Shown in pieces: positions 27,801 to 36,056 of a stretch of 64,000 nucleotides of DNA (its first letter is position 1; each line of letters starts with the position of its first letter). The translations under genes and the position numbers were made by a program. Under the pieces are notes generated by a model, which was not told where the DNA came from, made no database searches, and was given only the letters and a program-made list of their open reading frames with translations. Origin of the DNA: Lentimicrobiaceae bacterium. Its GTDB lineage: Bacteria; Bacteroidota; Bacteroidia; Bacteroidales; UBA4417. The stretch spans positions 38,499 to 102,498 of the forward strand of contig JBAZWY010000012.1 of assembly GCA_041660125.1 (NCBI GenBank). Direction: 5' to 3'.

Positions 27801-28675
27801 TTCAGGCGGGCATTGGTAAAATCGCGGTTAATATAGAACTGATCAGCCTGGTCGATGGATTTATCATACGTATCCTGTAATGATTTTTCTTCATTGATAA
27901 ACTTATCTATTTCCTGTATTTTGAGTTTAGCATATGGATTTCCCGGTGTAAGGTCCAATGCTTTCTGATATTCGGCTCGGGCCTCAGTTCGTTTTTCGGC
28001 CTGAAGCAATTTGTCTGCGGCAGCAATATTCTTTGCTGATTGTTCAGCCCTCACTTTATAATCAGCCTGTTGTTTCCTTGTATCAGATATTTTGTTTTTT
28101 ACTGATTTTTCGCCAGGCTTTACTGCCAAGGCAGTTTCATAAAACATGACAGCTTTGTCAAAATCAGAAGCGGCGAGTGCTTTGTCGCCACTGGTAACAG
28201 CTTCGTTAAAATAAATCAAGTCATCGGGATCCGTATAAATGGCGCTGATCTGCCCCAGGCGGTCTTTCGGGAACTGCGCTGAAGGATCTATCAATAAGGC
28301 TTTCTGATATTCTGTTTTAGCCTGGGAGTAATTTTTTTGATTATATAAACCCTCAGCGGCGAGAATTAGGTTTTCGAACAACCTGTCTCTTGAGCCAGGA
28401 TTTGCATCAAGAGTTGCATTGATTTCGTCTATTTTTCCAGGAGCATAATTGAGTGCAGGGTTGGCATGGCTGGCTTTTGCATAAAGAAGCAAAGCAACCG
28501 GGTAGTCTTTTGCGGTTAAAGCCTGGTCAGCCTGCTGGATAAGAGTCGAATACGCTGCAGCATTGGTTGTACTTTGCGCCGAACAAGGATTATTCAAAAA
28601 TGGTAAAAAAGCGGTTCCGATAACAACAAGCCATACATATAAATTAAAAGCTTTCCGGGAAATGCAATTCTTCAT
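24806..28675 (-). CDS. Secreted repeat protein: about 19 tandem TPR-like units of about 65 aa, plus a unique C-terminal domain
   Basis: 1289 aa with a signal peptide. The recurring unit is ...Y..A...Y..AL..KP.EKYP..KI.EI... (EKYP-type motif counted about 19 times). Confidence 0.75.
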   Translation of the reverse strand: MKNCISRKAFNLYVWLVVIGTAFLPFLNNPCSAQSTTNAAAYSTLIQQADQALTAKDYPVALLLYAKASHANPALNYAPGKIDEINATLDANPGSRDRLFENLILAAEGLYNQKNYSQAKTEYQKALLIDPSAQFPKDRLGQISAIYTDPDDLIYFNEAVTSGDKALAASDFDKAVMFYETALAVKPGEKSVKNKISDTRKQQADYKVRAEQSAKNIAAADKLLQAEKRTEARAEYQKALDLTPGNPYAKLKIQEIDKFINEEKSLQDTYDKSIDQADQFYINRDFTNARLKYQEALKAKPGARYPNDMLEKTKSGESQLQSDQQKYDATLASAENFLQAADYQAALIGFKSALAIKPAENYPKTKITEIEKLIAGQSAKKEAFDLAVRNGDQSLVDKKYDVAISYYRNALSLLPGEKYPAQKIEEITTLTGQQKTLDEKYLKAIAEADKQFNAGNFEVAVPAYNQALGFKPNEVYPQQKINEAQSRIAATKNTEANYTSSVASGDKLFSELKYNDALDAYKQALSLKPEEKYPQTQLDRINKILAEQKSNNEQYSKAIANGEKELASVNYSLAIASFQEALSVKPGEKYPQDKIAEIKAAIAAQQKTDEKYTTAVNSGDQLFAGKDYDLAKTAYSEAAGLKKNEKYPQEQIVKINKIFDELHSAEENYKQAIDEGDNSFKNQRLNEAIASYTKASGIKPAETYPKTQVEKIKVLLAEQQKLDADFLDKVTSADQFFDAKRYAEAIIDYRKALALKPSEKYPSEKIAEAEKQIADLEALQLTFEKAVAEGDKKLAGKQYESALSEFKTALSAKPGELYPQQKIAEIQSILDKIKAENESYTEAISKGDTYLKAGKNHEALEIYQLASTLKPGEKYPREQIAHINQLLAEQEKLDTDYQNLITDANTRLKAGKYDEARIAYTNAGALKPSEKLPKEKITEIDTILAGIKLKDENYAEALNKAADLYSAKNLAGAVKSYEEALGIKPAEKYPQERIAVLKSEIQALDENYSKAIALGDKQLAANNLMNALNAYQNALEIKPGEEYPRSKIAEINSALVAQKEELAKMYNSYISEGDKSFESKDYAGAKSAFTKAAGIKPAETYPKQRITEIDKITEEIALARKVEYTKALGEADKLYNTKIFDQAIDAYENASKINPGDTYPSLQISKIRKYMEDHAIQDLYSQTLLIPEGSEKKFTFSAIEPRLRKNNYILLKARSTGKAAPKVYLNYGKDSQKNGGIVLRSLDKTTLNDYLIRISVQDKWYREDNNWISLFVETGDIEITKIQIAAGDE

Positions 28676-28811
28676 CAGGTAAAGTGGTTTGATATTTTTC
28701 TCTGAAAAGTACTAACGTTTGTTTCCCGTATTTATTGGATAAACATTACTGTATCATGCTTTTTTATTGAATTGAGAATGTTGAGGTAATACACAGGACT
28801 TCAGGTAAGTA

Positions 28812-29462
28812 TTATAAAATACGGCCATCGACCATCATCAGCTTACGATCGCTCATATCAGCAAGTTCCTGGTTGTGAGTAACAATCACAAAGGTTTGAC
28901 TGAATTCGTCGCGCAAAGTGAAAAACAGTTTGTGCAACTCTTTGGCATTGGCTGAATCAAGGTTTCCTGAAGGTTCGTCGGCAAGGATCACGGAAGGGTG
29001 GTTCATCAGTGCACGGGCCACAGCAACACGTTGCTGCTCACCGCCCGAAAGTGCCGAAGGTTTATGTTCAGCCCGATCGGATAAGTGCAGAAATTCAAGC
29101 AATTCCATAGCCCTTCGATTGGCTTGCTTGTGAGAAATGCCTGCTATGAAAGCCGGAATACAAAGATTTTCGAGTGCTGTAAATTCAGGCAGAAGGTGAT
29201 GAAACTGGAAAACAAAACCAATATTCTTATTCCGGAACGATGCCAGCCGTTTCTCTCCCAAAGTTGATACATCCTGGTTATCGTATTGTATTGATCCTGA
29301 AGTTGGTTTGTCGAGAGTGCCGATAATTTGAAGCAGGGTGGTTTTCCCGGCACCCGAAGCGCCTACAACCGAAACAATTTCTCCCTTGTTAATCTCCAGA
29401 TCGATGCCTTTGAGTACTTCGAGCGAGCCGTACGATTTGTGAATATTTTTCCCGGATATCAT
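28812..29462 (-). CDS. ABC transporter ATP-binding protein, LolD/MacB-ATPase type
   Basis: 216 aa. Walker [10 protein letters not shown], signature [15 protein letters not shown], Walker [12 protein letters not shown]. Confidence 0.9.
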   Translation of the reverse strand: MISGKNIHKSYGSLEVLKGIDLEINKGEIVSVVGASGAGKTTLLQIIGTLDKPTSGSIQYDNQDVSTLGEKRLASFRNKNIGFVFQFHHLLPEFTALENLCIPAFIAGISHKQANRRAMELLEFLHLSDRAEHKPSALSGGEQQRVAVARALMNHPSVILADEPSGNLDSANAKELHKLFFTLRDEFSQTFVIVTHNQELADMSDRKLMMVDGRIL

Positions 29463-29479
29463 AATTTTATTTCAGATTG

Positions 29480-29487
29480 CAAATGTA
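29480..29487 (-). promoter_or_regulatory. Candidate -7 box TACATTTG upstream of the ABC ATPase gene
   Basis: Plus-strand caaatgta, 18 nt upstream of start 29462. Confidence 0.45.
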
Positions 29488-29551
29488 CAAGTTAATGTAA
29501 AAGATACTACTTGTGAAAATTATGAAAATTATTTTTGGTTTCAGGAATAAA

Positions 29552-29680
29552 GTGTTTGAAGAGTTTGAAGTGTTTGAAGAGTCTGAAGTGTTTAAGCGTT
29601 TGAAGAGTTTGGAATCTCTGTCGCCCCCTCGCCTTGTCGCTCTTCGCCTTGTCGCCCATCGCCTCTTAACTTCTCTCCTG
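29552..29680. repeat. Intergenic word-repeat element, copy A: (GTTTGAAGAG)n block followed by a (TCGCCTTG)n block
   Basis: gtgtttgaagagtttgaagtgtttgaagagtctgaagtgtttaagcgtttgaagagtttgg, then tcgccccctcgccttgtcgctcttcgccttgtcgcccatcgcc. It shares tttgaagagttt and ttgtcgctcttcgSCttgt with 44471-44600. Confidence 0.7.
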
Positions 29681-29688
29681 ATCCGGAA

Positions 29689-32145
29689 CTAACTGCTGTT
29701 TCTTTTACTCGTCAATCTTTGGTAATCAATATAATAAAGCACCTTGAGTGAAATATTATTCAGATTAGGTTCCTGAAAAGTATCATTAAAATTGGTAAAG
29801 TAATTTCCGGAAACTTTGTCTTTTTCATTTATTATTTCATTTTTCCATACAAAATTCAGGCTGCTGCCAGGCGCAAAAATCCACGAGAAAACCATATCAA
29901 CATTGAACGAATTAAAAATGAAATCGTGATTTTGGTTGTACGTTGAAATAGGTTCCAAATATCCGTTGTCAATTAAAGTATAGAAGCTTTTATATTGTCC
30001 CTGCGAATAATAATGACGTGCTTTAATGCTTATCGAGATGTTATTTTTAATCAGGTATTTCCCGCTGGCTGAGTTCTCGAAGGTATTGATATCTCTGTTT
30101 CCGAAGATAACCATATCATTCTCATTTCCGGCAAATCCGTAATCATTGAATAATTTCTCGTACCTGAACGATAAATTAAAAGTGAAGTGATTGTTAACTC
30201 TTAAAATTGGCGAAATCCATGGCGAGAATCCTTTAGAGTCGTCACGGGCTGAATAATATATGCTTACAGAACCATCAAGGGCAAATTGTTTCCGGTAATC
30301 TGATGAGAACCCGAGGTTGCTCCAAACGGCTTTGGGTTTCATATAAAACATTCCTTTCGTGCGTGGCTCATAGTAATCGTATGTTTCTGAATAATCATGC
30401 CCCGCTTCGCCCCAGATAGTCAGGTAGTTTAAGGTTGTCATAAAAATATTGTATTCCAAATGGGCTGTCTGGGGTTTATGTGTTGTAAAATTATTCTGAT
30501 TTGTAATCTGAACAGTATTGTTCATTTCACGTAGTATCCAGAAAGGTTTATAAATATTGTAGCTTACACTTGCCGAATTGTTATTGTAATTATTGTAGAA
30601 GGTAACCCCCATATCGTTGGCATCAAATTTATCATTCATGGCAGACCGGCTTATCATCCATTGGAATTTTCCGTTGGTTTTCAACGCACTGATATCGTAT
30701 TTGAATCCACGGGAATTTATGGCTTTATCACCGGGCGTGAGCCCTGGAATAAAAACCTGGCTCATTCCTCCTGCTATATTAATGCGGTATGTATTTGATT
30801 TGTCATTGAGAGTTAGTCCGGTTGCTGTAACATTGGCATCCCGGAATTTATTATCGCGGATTACATTAGTGTTAGTGAAATAAAAATCCGAATTATTCTT
30901 AAGAGCCTGGTCAAATACCAGGAGGTTGTAATTTGTGAGAGGATCGGTCAGTATTTTGCGTGTATCGCCGAATTCATTTTCAACCACGGCATAGGTATTG
31001 GCAGTTACAGCATTCAGAAATCCTATTGCCAGTCCTTTATTATTTCGCCCTGATACTTTCGTGGCATTTATTAAGCGTTGTTGTACAGGATTCTTTTTGA
31101 TATATTCTCCATCGTTCAGGGAATCCTGAACGCTGTAAAATAAAGCCGGTGTTTTACCGATCCTGCGGGAGTAAAAAATATCGCCTTTCATAAACAGATC
31201 GACAGCTTCCTTGAAAAATGGGCGCTGTTCGTCGTACACAGTTTCGAAGGCAGTCAGATTTTTTACTTTATTGTCCGATTGCACCTGGCTAAAATCAGGA
31301 AGTAGCGACATGTCGAGTGTAAAACTTTCGTTGATACCGTATTTAAGATCCATTCCACCTCCGAAAGAAGTGGAAATATCTTTTTCAGATGCATTATCAG
31401 GAAAGTGTTCAGCTTGTAATATTAGATAGGGCGTAGCCGAAAGACGTACCGGAGGTTCAATATTATCAATGCCTTCGAGGGTTCCCCAGTAAGGCAGGTC
31501 ATTCTCTGCTTCGAGTGATTCGATTGCCCATTGGTCGGTTTCGCGGTAGCGGCGGATAGAACGCGATATTTGCATTCCCCATAGTTGCGGATTGGTTCGT
31601 GCAAACCTTAAGGCAGAATAGGGAATTTTTATTTCAGCAACCCATCCGTCATGAGTAATATGGGTTTCACTCTCCCAAACAGCATCGTAAGTTTGGTCCG
31701 ATTCGCGCCAATCGAGTTGAACTCCCGAAGCAGCCACCTTGAAACCATAAGCATCCAGTTGGTTGTTATATGTATCGAACTCTATACTGAACATGTCTGC
31801 ATTCAGGTACTCTTCATCGCGTAAGCCAAGTTGCCGTAATATGCTGTCGGGATTCGGATCGTACATATATGCCAGTACATAAATGGCATAATCATCATAA
31901 GCAATTTTAACATCAGTGCGATAGGACGGCTCTGCATCGTACACAGGTTGGTATTGCCTGAAATCTGAGTGTGATGGAATGGTGCGCCAGATTGAATCAT
32001 CAGCCATTCCATTAATTTTAATTGATGAATTTATTTTAATTGCCTGTGCTGATTTCCTGTTGGAACGGGGATCCGGATTCTTTTCTGCAAAGGCTATAAA
32101 GCAGAAGAATAAAGCTGATATAAGTAGAAAAAGGGTGCGCACCAA
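29689..32145 (-). CDS. Secreted CBM9-like / DUF5916-type outer-membrane-associated protein
   Basis: 818 aa with a signal peptide. The N-terminal motif INGMADDSIW...SDFRQYQP...YDDYAIYV is typical of carbohydrate-binding family 9-like DUF5916 proteins. Beta-rich C-terminus. Family assignment is from memory. Confidence 0.6.
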   Translation of the reverse strand: MVRTLFLLISALFFCFIAFAEKNPDPRSNRKSAQAIKINSSIKINGMADDSIWRTIPSHSDFRQYQPVYDAEPSYRTDVKIAYDDYAIYVLAYMYDPNPDSILRQLGLRDEEYLNADMFSIEFDTYNNQLDAYGFKVAASGVQLDWRESDQTYDAVWESETHITHDGWVAEIKIPYSALRFARTNPQLWGMQISRSIRRYRETDQWAIESLEAENDLPYWGTLEGIDNIEPPVRLSATPYLILQAEHFPDNASEKDISTSFGGGMDLKYGINESFTLDMSLLPDFSQVQSDNKVKNLTAFETVYDEQRPFFKEAVDLFMKGDIFYSRRIGKTPALFYSVQDSLNDGEYIKKNPVQQRLINATKVSGRNNKGLAIGFLNAVTANTYAVVENEFGDTRKILTDPLTNYNLLVFDQALKNNSDFYFTNTNVIRDNKFRDANVTATGLTLNDKSNTYRINIAGGMSQVFIPGLTPGDKAINSRGFKYDISALKTNGKFQWMISRSAMNDKFDANDMGVTFYNNYNNNSASVSYNIYKPFWILREMNNTVQITNQNNFTTHKPQTAHLEYNIFMTTLNYLTIWGEAGHDYSETYDYYEPRTKGMFYMKPKAVWSNLGFSSDYRKQFALDGSVSIYYSARDDSKGFSPWISPILRVNNHFTFNLSFRYEKLFNDYGFAGNENDMVIFGNRDINTFENSASGKYLIKNNISISIKARHYYSQGQYKSFYTLIDNGYLEPISTYNQNHDFIFNSFNVDMVFSWIFAPGSSLNFVWKNEIINEKDKVSGNYFTNFNDTFQEPNLNNISLKVLYYIDYQRLTSKRNSS

Positions 32146-32161
32146 AAATGAATTTAGTCTG

Positions 32162-32169
32162 CAAAGATA
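32162..32169 (-). promoter_or_regulatory. Candidate -7 box TATCTTTG upstream of the DUF5916-type gene
   Basis: Plus-strand caaagata, 17 nt upstream of start 32145. Confidence 0.45.
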
Positions 32170-32385
32170 TAGGTTGCCTTTTATTCATTTATTGTCATAA
32201 AAATATTTATTTTAGCAGCCTGATACAAATATTGAAAGGTACATATTATATTTTTCAAATTGTATTCACAAATAGCATTAAACCAATGCTTTACGGTTGA
32301 GGATATCATGAATTGTTTTGTGACATGACTATTTTTCTTGATGTAAGGAATTAATTACTACTCAAATACATAAAATTAATCTACA

Positions 32386-33579
32386 ATGAATCTTCACGAA
32401 TACCAGGCAAAGCAAATTTTAAGCAGTTTCGGAGTACCTGTGCCCAGGGGCATCATGGCCGAAACTATTGAGCAGGCAGTGGATGCTGCTAAAGAAATTC
32501 AGAAATTAAGCGGATCGCAGTATTGTGTTGTCAAAGCACAGATCCATGCCGGGGGCCGTGGGAAAGGCGGTGGTGTAAAGCTGGCCAAATCGCTTGACGA
32601 CGCTCGCGAAAAAGTTACCAACATATTGGGGATGAATCTTATAACTCCTCAAACAAGTGCCCAGGGTAAACTGGTACGTAAGGTTTTGATCCAGGAAGAT
32701 GTGTATTATCCGGGCGTTTCCAAAACCAGGGAGTTCTACCTGAGCATGTTGCTGAACCGCCAGGAAGGAAAAGCGATGATCATGTATTCAACAGAAGGTG
32801 GGATGGATATCGAAGAAGTAGCTGAACACACACCGGAAAAGATTTTCGTTGAAATTATCGATCGGAAAGTCGGTTTACAACCTTTCCAATGCCGTAATGT
32901 TGCATTCAACCTCGGGCTTTCGGGCGAAGCGCATAAAAATATGGTGAAATTCGTGAAAGGCATTTACGATGCATACATGGGCGCTGATTGTACCATGCTC
33001 GAAATTAACCCGGTACTGAAAACCAGTGATGACAGAATCCTGGCTGTCGATTGTAAAATGCGCCTGGATGACAATGCTTTGTACCGACACATTGATTATA
33101 GTGCCATGCGCGATATTCACGAAGAAGATCCTTCGGAAGTAGAAGCCGGCAAGTATAACCTGAACTATGTAAAACTCAATGGAAATGTGGGTTGTATGGT
33201 GAACGGCGCAGGTTTGGCCATGGCTACCATGGATATCATTAAGCAGTGTGGAGGTGAGCCGGCAAACTTTCTTGATGTGGGTGGAACAGCCAATGCCGAA
33301 CGGGTTGAGCGCGCTTTCCGCATTATCCTGAAAGATCCTGCTGTAAAAGCAATTCTTGTCAATATTTTCGGAGGTATCGTGCGCTGCGACCGTGTAGCAC
33401 AGGGAATTGTTGATGCATACAAGAATATTGGCAATATTCCTATCCCTATCATTGTAAGGTTGCAGGGTACCAATGCCGAAGAAGCCAAGGAACTCATCAA
33501 TAATTCGGGACTTGCGGTTTATTCGGCTACCACTTTGCAGGAAGCTGCGGATCTGGTGAATAAGGTTTTGAAAAATTAA
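32386..33579 (+). CDS. sucC: Succinate-CoA ligase (ADP-forming) beta subunit
   Basis: 397 aa. MNLHEYQAKQIL..., ATP-grasp region, GCMVNGAGLAMATMD, NIFGGIVRCD. Confidence 0.95.
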   Translation: MNLHEYQAKQILSSFGVPVPRGIMAETIEQAVDAAKEIQKLSGSQYCVVKAQIHAGGRGKGGGVKLAKSLDDAREKVTNILGMNLITPQTSAQGKLVRKVLIQEDVYYPGVSKTREFYLSMLLNRQEGKAMIMYSTEGGMDIEEVAEHTPEKIFVEIIDRKVGLQPFQCRNVAFNLGLSGEAHKNMVKFVKGIYDAYMGADCTMLEINPVLKTSDDRILAVDCKMRLDDNALYRHIDYSAMRDIHEEDPSEVEAGKYNLNYVKLNGNVGCMVNGAGLAMATMDIIKQCGGEPANFLDVGGTANAERVERAFRIILKDPAVKAILVNIFGGIVRCDRVAQGIVDAYKNIGNIPIPIIVRLQGTNAEEAKELINNSGLAVYSATTLQEAADLVNKVLKN

Positions 33580-33671
33580 ATTTTAATTCACTGGATTGCA
33601 AATCCAATACTCTTTGGGTGCGGATCGCAGATCCGCCTCAGCAATCCGCACCAGCAACTTCTACCAGTACT

Positions 33672-33707
33672 AAAAATGCACCTTGTAAATCACAAGGTGC
33701 ATTTTTA
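33672..33707. terminator. Strong bidirectional rho-independent terminator after sucC
   Basis: Stem ATGCACCTTGT (33676-33686) / ACAAGGTGCAT (33692-33702), flanked by AAAAA and TTTTT. Confidence 0.85.
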
Positions 33708-33975
33708 GCTTCATGGAAATTGATTTTATCGGTTCTGTTTTAAAACATTGTAGGAATATTTTTTATCAGAAGTTCCAGGATCCATATGCCGGGTGCCACA
33801 GTTCTTAATTTCGATCCTGCTTATTTAGATGTTTTAAGAATTATTGACAGCACACATGTTTAAATCGGCAGAAGCCTGTTTGCTGTAGGCACAACGGAAC
33901 ACGGAACACGGAACTTTTATCTTGTTGTAGTTACAAATCTGGCAATTTTCAACAATCTTCCTAAACAGAACCATT

Positions 33976-35352
33976 TTATTTAAACGCCAACTCAATCGGA
34001 TGTGTCTGCCCTTCAATATCACTCAACATAGCGTCATCAAAAATAAAGTTAGTCAGCTTATTGTCGAGGTATTGCTGGTAGGCATACATATCGAAATAAC
34101 CATGACCGCTCAGGTTGAAAAGAATGGTTTTTGGCGTGTTTTCGGCTTTGGCTTTTAAAGCTTCACGGATAGTGTATGCAATGGCATGAGAAGTTTCAGG
34201 TGCCGGAAGAATTCCCTCTGCTTGTGCAAATTTTAAACCTGCTTCAAAACATTCAAGCTGATCAAGAGCCTGTGCTTCAACAATACCTTCGTTCACCAGC
34301 GCACTAATCAAAGGAGCTGCCCCATGATAACGTAATCCACCGGCATGAATTCCGGGCGGGATAAAATCGTGACCAAGTGTATGCATGGGTAGGAGAGGAG
34401 TCATGCCGGCCACATCGCCGAAATCGTACCTGAATTTTCCTTTTGTAAGTTTCGGACAGGAGGAAGGTTCAACGGAAATAAACCTGGTTTTCTTTTTCCC
34501 GTCGAGATTATGCCGTATAAAAGGGAAAGAAATTCCTGCAAAATTCGACCCACCGCCTAAACATCCGATAACGATATCAGGATAATCACCAATTTTTTCA
34601 AATTGCTTTTCAGCTTCGAGACCAATAATGGTCTGATGCAACAACACATGATTTAATACACTTCCAAGTGCGTATTTAGTATTTGGATCGGCTACAGCTA
34701 ATTCCATAGCTTCGCTGATAGCAATACCAAGACTACCCGGACTGTCGGGAAACTTTGCAAGTATATCACGTCCTGCTTTGGTGGTTAGGCTGGGCGATGC
34801 TTCAACTCTTGCATTCCAGAGGTTCATCAGCATTTTGCGATAGGGTTTCTGGTCGAAACTCACCTTTACCATAAAAACCTGCAAATCAATTCCAAAATGA
34901 TTGCATGCGAAAGCAAGTGCGCTGCCCCATTGTCCGGCACCGGTTTCGGTAGTGATTTTTTTAATGCCTTCCATCTTGTTGAAATATGCCTGTGGAATGG
35001 CCGTATTGGTTTTGTGCGAACCCGCCGGGCTTACACCTTCGTACTTGTAGTAGATTTTTGCCGGGGTACCAAGCATTTTTTCAAGGTTAACAGCCCTGTA
35101 AAGTGGTGAAGGTCTGAACATGCTGTATAGCTGGCGAACTTCATCAGGAATATTAATAAATCGTTCGCTCGACATTTCCTGACGAATCAATTCATCGGGG
35201 GAAATAGCGCTCATCGAGGCGCCGTCAATTGGTTTCAGTGTTCCCGGATGAAGAGGCGGCAACATTTTGCCTCCAAGGTCGGCAGCAATATTATACCATT
35301 TAGTTGGCATTTCTTCAGGTAAAAGCACAATGTTTCGTTTGTTGTTTTGCAT
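33976..35352 (-). CDS. trpB: TrpB2-type tryptophan synthase beta chain (stand-alone)
   Basis: About 458 aa from ATG 35352 (MQNNKRNIVLLPEEMPTKWYNI...). PLP-Lys motif SPAGSHKTNTA and GGGSNFAGI. The extended N-terminus is typical of TrpB2. Confidence 0.85.
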   Translation of the reverse strand: MQNNKRNIVLLPEEMPTKWYNIAADLGGKMLPPLHPGTLKPIDGASMSAISPDELIRQEMSSERFINIPDEVRQLYSMFRPSPLYRAVNLEKMLGTPAKIYYKYEGVSPAGSHKTNTAIPQAYFNKMEGIKKITTETGAGQWGSALAFACNHFGIDLQVFMVKVSFDQKPYRKMLMNLWNARVEASPSLTTKAGRDILAKFPDSPGSLGIAISEAMELAVADPNTKYALGSVLNHVLLHQTIIGLEAEKQFEKIGDYPDIVIGCLGGGSNFAGISFPFIRHNLDGKKKTRFISVEPSSCPKLTKGKFRYDFGDVAGMTPLLPMHTLGHDFIPPGIHAGGLRYHGAAPLISALVNEGIVEAQALDQLECFEAGLKFAQAEGILPAPETSHAIAYTIREALKAKAENTPKTILFNLSGHGYFDMYAYQQYLDNKLTNFIFDDAMLSDIEGQTHPIELAFK

Positions 35353-35386
35353 AACATTAAGTATTGAGTAAGAAAATGGATGGATT

Positions 35387-35420
35387 GAAAACGAAAAGGG
35401 CACATCGTAACGATGTGCCC
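35387..35420 (-). promoter_or_regulatory. Intrinsic terminator inside the trpB2 5' leader (attenuator)
   Basis: Minus strand GGGCACATCG-TTA-CGATGTGCCC followed by TTTTCGTTTTC, ending 35 nt upstream of the trpB2 start. Confidence 0.7.
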
Positions 35421-35459
35421 TTCAATTGAGTATTCTTATATTTATTTACATACCCGGGA

Positions 35460-35528
35460 TTACGCTACGATGTGCATTAGCCATCGGCGCCACCAATTAT
35501 TTGTAAGAGTATGTTTAAAATTGGTCAT
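35460..35528 (-). CDS. Trp-rich leader peptide (22 aa) of the trpB2 attenuator
   Basis: The minus-strand ORF atgaccaat...tggtggcgccgatgg...taa translates to MTNFKHTLTNNWWRRWLMHIVA*. It starts 17 nt downstream of the -7 box. Confidence 0.6.
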   Translation of the reverse strand: MTNFKHTLTNNWWRRWLMHIVA

Positions 35529-35545
35529 TGGGTGTATTTGTGATG

Positions 35546-35553
35546 CAAAGATA
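35546..35553 (-). promoter_or_regulatory. Candidate -7 box TATCTTTG driving the trp leader
   Basis: Plus-strand caaagata, positioned 17 nt upstream of the leader ATG (35528). Confidence 0.5.
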
Positions 35554-36022
35554 AATAAATAGTAATTCCGGTTGCAAAAAGATCCTTTTTTTTGCTTCAA
35601 TATTTCTTATCATTCATTCTTTAGTAATCCGTCAGATAAATCTGACGGCCAGGAAAGGTTCAAATCACACTTTGAACTTACATTAGAGAATTGATTTTTA
35701 ATCAGCTAATAATTGATCCAGACTTACTAAAGTCTGATATAACAATAGATTGACGATGGATTTATTACAGTTTGGCTTTAGCCAACTGAAAATAGAATAA
35801 ATACTTTATTTCGAATTAACACAATTTTTTCCCTCAGTGGATACCAGCACAATTAATTTATTTGAAGTGTTCTTATACCTTTTATTTCTGTATACTTAAC
35901 TATAGTTTTGCCGATTCACTACTATTGCATTTCAAAGCCTCATTTCTGATTGTGCAGCTGACTCAAGTTTATTGAAGACTTCTTTTGCATTTCGTTCATT
36001 AGGCTACAATTCCCATTTCAAT

Positions 36023-36030
36023 TACCTTTG
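36023..36030 (+). promoter_or_regulatory. Candidate -7 box TACCTTTG upstream of the methyltransferase gene
   Basis: Matches TAnnTTTG, 27 nt upstream of ATG 36057. Confidence 0.4.
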
Positions 36031-36056
36031 CACTCTTAATTTTATAATTATATTTT

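Noticed and set aside
32386-33579. sucC without an adjacent sucD, as a possible anomaly
   Set aside because: The gene looks full-length and intact, with its own strong terminator. As far as I recall, unlinked sucC and sucD genes occur in this phylum, so there is no evidence of disruption.
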